A stretch of DNA of 55,514 bases, from the NCBI GenBank assembly GCA_050303335.1, contig JBNLBN010000003.1:1-55514 (forward strand). The letters run 5' to 3'. Of this stretch, positions 52,341 to 55,514 are shown piece by piece. Under the pieces are notes generated by a model that saw only the letters and a list, made by a program, of their open reading frames with translations, was not told where the DNA came from and made no database searches. How positions within the stretch are numbered: the stretch's first letter is position 1; every line of letters starts with the position of its first letter. Source of the DNA: Candidatus Micrarchaeia archaeon (GTDB lineage Archaea > Micrarchaeota > Micrarchaeia > Anstonellales > Bilamarchaeaceae). A program made the position numbers and the translations under genes.

Positions 52341-53495
52341 TCAGCCCAGGATTTTCTGGAGCTGCTCCTTGAAGTTTTCAGGATGTGAAACGAGTGCGTG
52401 TGCCTTCTTCCTCGTATCCTGGTACTTCGATAGCTTGGAGACGCTCTTTAGGGTCTCAGTATCGGATTTCAGCTGGTCGAGTGCAAGTTCCCTAGAGTCC
52501 TTGTACTTTGCCCTGCTTGCGACATTGAGCAATGCAGAGCTCTGTCCGACTAGCCTTTCTACTGCGACTGCCCGGCAGTCCTCATAGGGAGACATTATTG
52601 CAACTTCGCTTAGCATTTCAGCATCCTCGATCTCATAGACGATGTCTGAAAGCAGCATCAGTGCGGTCGACTTTGCATCCCTGTATTTGGAATCGTGAAT
52701 TATCGATTTCAGTGCCCACGGATGTTCCGAAAGCCTTCCGACAGCAAGATATCTTGCATCCTCGTTGGGCGAGAGCTTTGCAATCTCGATAAGTGTCTCT
52801 ATGTCATTAACTGATTCAACATAACCTGTAAGATCTGCTGCTGCCTTCTTCTTCACATCGGCGTGCTTTGACGTGATGAGAAGGACTGAAAGCGCATCCG
52901 GATCGGTCTTAAGCCTTTTCAGGGCCCTCTGCCTTATTGACTTGTACTTTGAATCAAGCGCGATTTTTGCAAGGGACTCTGTGTCATCAGTGATCTTTTC
53001 CATTGCAGCCTCCCTTGAGTCCTTGTTCGGGCTGTTCGTGGCAATTTGAGACAGCGCATCCGGATCCTCGAGAACTGAAACTGCATCTATCCTCGTCTCC
53101 TTGAACAGGGAGGAGCATGCAACCTCGACAAGGCCCTTGGAGTTGTTCATTGAAAGCTCATCCACAGCTGCTGCCCTCGTATCTGCAAACTGGCAGTATT
53201 TTGCTATTTCGACAAGCGCGTCCTCGTCAAATGTAAGATGTGATATGGCTGCGAGCCTGACAAACTGGAAATTCGAGAAGCATGCCAGTTCAACAAGAAT
53301 CCTTGATTTTCCCTGGAGGCGGTCCACTGCTTTGAGCATCGCGATGCGGTCCCCGCTTGTTAAAACGCTTGCAAGATGCGAGAAGCTGTACCTGTCTGAT
53401 GATTTCTTGAACCTGGAGTCTGGGCGGGAGGGTTTTTTCACTAAACTTTTAGCTTTAGAGCTGGACCTATGGGTCTTTCTTGAACTGGGTGCCAT
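52341..53495 (-). CDS. HEAT/PBS-lyase-type repeat protein with a basic N-terminal tail
   Basis: About 11 tandem ~27-31-aa repeats of the form L..IA..S.Y.D.R..A...L..D..A (e.g. LSQIATNSPNKDSREAAMEKITDDTES, LAKIALDSKYKSIRQRALKRLKTDPDA). N-terminus MAPSSRKTHRSSSKAKSLVKKPSR. The start was moved to ATG 53495 because the listed extension runs into tRNA-Pro. Confidence 0.7.
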   Translation of the reverse strand: MAPSSRKTHRSSSKAKSLVKKPSRPDSRFKKSSDRYSFSHLASVLTSGDRIAMLKAVDRLQGKSRILVELACFSNFQFVRLAAISHLTFDEDALVEIAKYCQFADTRAAAVDELSMNNSKGLVEVACSSLFKETRIDAVSVLEDPDALSQIATNSPNKDSREAAMEKITDDTESLAKIALDSKYKSIRQRALKRLKTDPDALSVLLITSKHADVKKKAAADLTGYVESVNDIETLIEIAKLSPNEDARYLAVGRLSEHPWALKSIIHDSKYRDAKSTALMLLSDIVYEIEDAEMLSEVAIMSPYEDCRAVAVERLVGQSSALLNVASRAKYKDSRELALDQLKSDTETLKSVSKLSKYQDTRKKAHALVSHPENFKEQLQKILG

Positions 53496-53512
53496 GAGGT
53501 ATTTTTCCACAG

Positions 53513-53525
53513 CAAATATAAAAAG
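53513..53525 (-). promoter_or_regulatory. TATA-box-like element (CTTTTTATATTTG on the minus strand) about 24 nt upstream of ATG 53495
   Basis: The spacing fits an archaeal TATA box driving a leaderless or near-leaderless transcript. It lies after the T-run that follows tRNA-Pro. Confidence 0.4.
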
Positions 53526-53549
53526 GTTTAGGCGATTATTTTTGAAAAA

Positions 53550-53622
53550 TGGGGGATCTGTGATTTGAACACAGATCACCAGCTCCCAAAGCTGGCAGCA
53601 TACCAGGTTAGCCCAATCCCCC
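53550..53622 (-). tRNA. tRNA-Pro (anticodon UGG)
   Basis: The reverse complement folds as GGGGGAT-TG-GGCT-AACCTGGTA-TGCT-G-CCAGC-TTTGGGA-GCTGG-TGAT-CTGTG-TTCAAAT-CACAG-ATCCCCC-A. 73 nt, G37, no intron. Confidence 0.9.
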
Positions 53623-53726
53623 GGAAATTTCCTAAGGATCTCTGAGGTTAAAATTTCACAAACTTCCTGAGATTCGACTTAGAAAGTCTAACATCATTTC
53701 ATTTGCTTGATCTTAAAAACATATGC

Positions 53727-54116
53727 TCAGTTGTTAGGCCGTCTAATGAGGGTGTGGACTGTTCCGAATCTCTTAATGGAAAAACCGAATCTTTGGTAAA
53801 GGTAGATTGCAGGGTTCATGACCTTCACCTTGAGGAGGATAGGCCTGTCGATGTCGCTTAGCATCTCAAGCGTGTGCTCAATAAGCATGGTTCCGATTCC
53901 TTCCCCCCTCTTGGACGGGTGGACTCCGATACCCTGAAGAATGATCCTTTCCCCATCATCCACTACGTGAGAGAACCCGACGATCTTGTTTCTCGACTTG
54001 GCAATGAGTATTGTGTCGTATTCTGTTATGTGGACCATGGCCTTTGGGAAAATTGAGCGGATGAATTTTTTTGCATCATCGATCTCATCCGAACGAAGAA
54101 GCATTATGTTGATCAT
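53727..54116 (-). CDS. GNAT-family N-acetyltransferase
   Basis: IVGFSHVV...LQGIGVHPSKRGEGIGTMLIEH (acetyl-CoA motif A, R/Q-x-x-G-x-G/A) ...LYQRFGF. Confidence 0.8.
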   Translation of the reverse strand: MINIMLLRSDEIDDAKKFIRSIFPKAMVHITEYDTILIAKSRNKIVGFSHVVDDGERIILQGIGVHPSKRGEGIGTMLIEHTLEMLSDIDRPILLKVKVMNPAIYLYQRFGFSIKRFGTVHTLIRRPNN

Positions 54117-54727
54117 AGTGTAATAAATTGAACGTCAAGTTTTTTATCATAATATGATAGTTTCGCTGCGCGCATATCCTCAGCTGCTGGAAGCTTGACA
54201 ACCAGTGTCTCGTTAATTCTCGCAAGCCCCTCGTATTCATGAACATGCCCGCAGAGCACAGCGAGCGGATGTTTTTCCTCGATGATTTTCCTTAAGGACA
54301 TGCTTCCGATGTGGTTACCGCGTATTTTATCGAAAATCCCCTGGGGAGGGGCATGTGCAAGTAATATGGTGCTTCCATCTATTGGGAGCATCGCTACCCT
54401 CTTGTAATATTCCTCTTCAGAAATCTCCCCGAATGTCCCGAAGGGGGTTGGCGGCGTCAGTCCGAAACCGACAATGTTCAATTCCCCGATTTCAATCCTT
54501 TTTTCGTGGATCCATATTTTCGAAAATACTGAATGTGCGCGCTCATTGTCCCAGTTTCCTGGAATGATCAGCGGGTTCTTCAGCTCGGAGATTACTTTTT
54601 CAGCAAACTGTTCACTGTGGGTAGTGTCTCCGCAGACAAGGGTATAGTCGGCATTTTTCGACAGTCCGACCAGTTTCCCATATGCATGTTCATCATCGTG
54701 GAGATCTGAAAATGCGAGGAAATTCAT
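54113..54727 (-). CDS. Calcineurin-like metallophosphoesterase
   Basis: FSDLHDD, VCGDTTH, PGNWD, AHAPP and CGHVHE are the canonical MPE metal-binding motifs. Confidence 0.8.
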   Translation of the reverse strand: MNFLAFSDLHDDEHAYGKLVGLSKNADYTLVCGDTTHSEQFAEKVISELKNPLIIPGNWDNERAHSVFSKIWIHEKRIEIGELNIVGFGLTPPTPFGTFGEISEEEYYKRVAMLPIDGSTILLAHAPPQGIFDKIRGNHIGSMSLRKIIEEKHPLAVLCGHVHEYEGLARINETLVVKLPAAEDMRAAKLSYYDKKLDVQFITL

Positions 54728-55503
54728 TTCTTCTCCTTCTTGTACTGATCCATTATCTGGTTGAACCTCTTGTTGAAATCTGCAATCAGCTTTTCCGAGA
54801 TGTCGTTCTTCTTGTATGCATCTGCCTTGGCTGCAAGTGACATCTTGTTCGCGAATGCTCGTGCGATCTTGCCCCTGACCTTTTTCGGAGAGGAGGATAT
54901 CTTTGCGAACTGGAATATGATCCCGTGCTTGGGGGGCGGCACCTTCCTGTTCTTGAGGTGCTTGAAGAGCGCTTTTTCCGCACCTATGACCTGGATTGCG
55001 GAGGCGGGAAGGAGCGAGAGCTTGTTCAATGATCCGACATGCGAGACGAGCTTGGCAGCAACTTCAGGTGTTCCGACCTTTGACATGTTCGGACATAGAT
55101 CCATTGCAAGCTTCTTCTGGTATACTTCAAGGTTTTCCCGAAGCCTTCCGAGGGTTACGATTTCCCTGGCAAGAAGCTGGCATGCTGATAGGTCCTCCAC
55201 GGATATCTCGGCTCCAAGCGTCTTTTCTGACAGGCTTACGATCCTGTCGGCAGTCTTCTCTCCGAACTCCTTTGCAAGATCCTTCTTGTCGATGTTCTTC
55301 CTGTCCAGGTAAAGGACGAGCTCCGCAAATTTTATCTTCTCGTTCTCCTTGTATTCAGGGAAATAGATGCCATACCAGTCCTCGAGCCGCTCTCCGAGCA
55401 GATTGATTGTCTTGTCAAGGTCCTCTATAGATTTTGTAACTCCTGCAAGAAGCATGTCTCGGCTTTTGAGGGCCTCTTTCACGCTCTCCTTGGATTTCTT
55501 CAT
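54724..55503 (-). CDS. Nop5 (Nop56/58) C/D-box sRNP core protein, Nop domain; may extend 5' beyond the window
   Basis: IQVIGAEKALFKHLKNRKVPPPKHGIIFQ and a coiled-coil segment. At 259 aa from ATG 55503 it would lack the N-terminal fibrillarin-binding domain. The frame stays open to the window edge (55514), so the true start may lie outside. Confidence 0.8.
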   Translation of the reverse strand: MKKSKESVKEALKSRDMLLAGVTKSIEDLDKTINLLGERLEDWYGIYFPEYKENEKIKFAELVLYLDRKNIDKKDLAKEFGEKTADRIVSLSEKTLGAEISVEDLSACQLLAREIVTLGRLRENLEVYQKKLAMDLCPNMSKVGTPEVAAKLVSHVGSLNKLSLLPASAIQVIGAEKALFKHLKNRKVPPPKHGIIFQFAKISSSPKKVRGKIARAFANKMSLAAKADAYKKNDISEKLIADFNKRFNQIMDQYKKEKK

Positions 55504-55514
55504 GAAGAGGGCTC

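Noticed and set aside
52341-53495. Periodic nucleotide repeats that might suggest a CRISPR array or satellite
   Set aside because: The periodicity is ~81-93 nt, it is in frame, and the repeats are degenerate at the DNA level. These are protein-coding HEAT-like repeats, not a repeat-spacer array. I saw no CRISPR-like array anywhere in the window.
53496-53579. N-terminal extension of the HEAT-repeat ORF (track start 53579)
   Set aside because: The extension overlaps tRNA-Pro (53550..53622) on the same strand and encodes a hydrophobic, non-repeat peptide. ATG 53495 has a TATA-like element at the right distance.
50562-53622. The tRNA cluster as an integration hotspot or prophage border
   Set aside because: There is no integrase, recombinase, direct repeat of a tRNA 3' end, or phage-like gene next to any of the four tRNAs.
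53623-53726. Possible C/D-box sRNA near the Nop5 locus (AUGAUGU-like box on the minus strand around 53685)
   Set aside because: There is only one imperfect C-like box and no correctly placed D box (CUGA) or terminal stem. The evidence is insufficient.

Overview
This is a compact archaeal chromosome segment. It is almost fully coding and has many 4-nt ATGA start/stop overlaps. The archaeal call rests on an archaeal-type PEP carboxylase, short archaeal TIM, L10e, Nop5, RFC small subunit, SepF/ScpA, two MKGQ class III (pilin-type) signal peptides and intron-containing tRNAs. A small-genome DPANN/Micrarchaeota-like lineage is only a guess from the gene content and tRNA architecture.

Recognisable housekeeping genes:
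- Translation and RNA: valS, ileS, L10e, Nop5, a TtuA/NcsA-family thiolase, a DRG GTPase.
- Central metabolism: eno, tpiA, pyrC, aspA, malic enzyme, archaeal-type PEPC, sod.
- Membrane and transport: H+-PPase, a MATE exporter, a CaCA antiporter.
- Replication and division: rfcS, SepF, ScpA.

Four tRNAs were found by hand folding: Gly-UCC, Gly-CCC with two introns (one in the T-loop), Thr-CGU with one intron, and Pro-UGG. I saw no rRNA, CRISPR array, transposase or integrase.

Most interesting observations:
1. An AT-rich block at 22.1-27.9 kb holds six same-strand orphan genes, mostly exported, with repeated promoter-like motifs.
2. A chain of four ATGA overlaps runs from rfcS through three exported proteins to aspA. 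The exported proteins are two paralogs plus a Kazal-domain, Cys-repeat lipoprotein. They share an unusual C-terminal Cys-TM-basic tail.
3. A double-AAA CDC48-like ATPase has a roughly 10-TM domain in place of the usual N-domain.
4. A CBS-domain protein carries an HPF/RaiA-like C-terminal domain.
5. A PP2C phosphatase sits inside a PEPC-malic enzyme operon.
6. A small protein ends in a ribosomal P-stalk-like tail (GFGSLFG).
7. A free-standing LAGLIDADG endonuclease gene lies in an AT-rich patch.
8. A 180-nt candidate structured RNA lies in an unusually long spacer.

All functional calls come from motif recognition by eye. No searches or computations were run.
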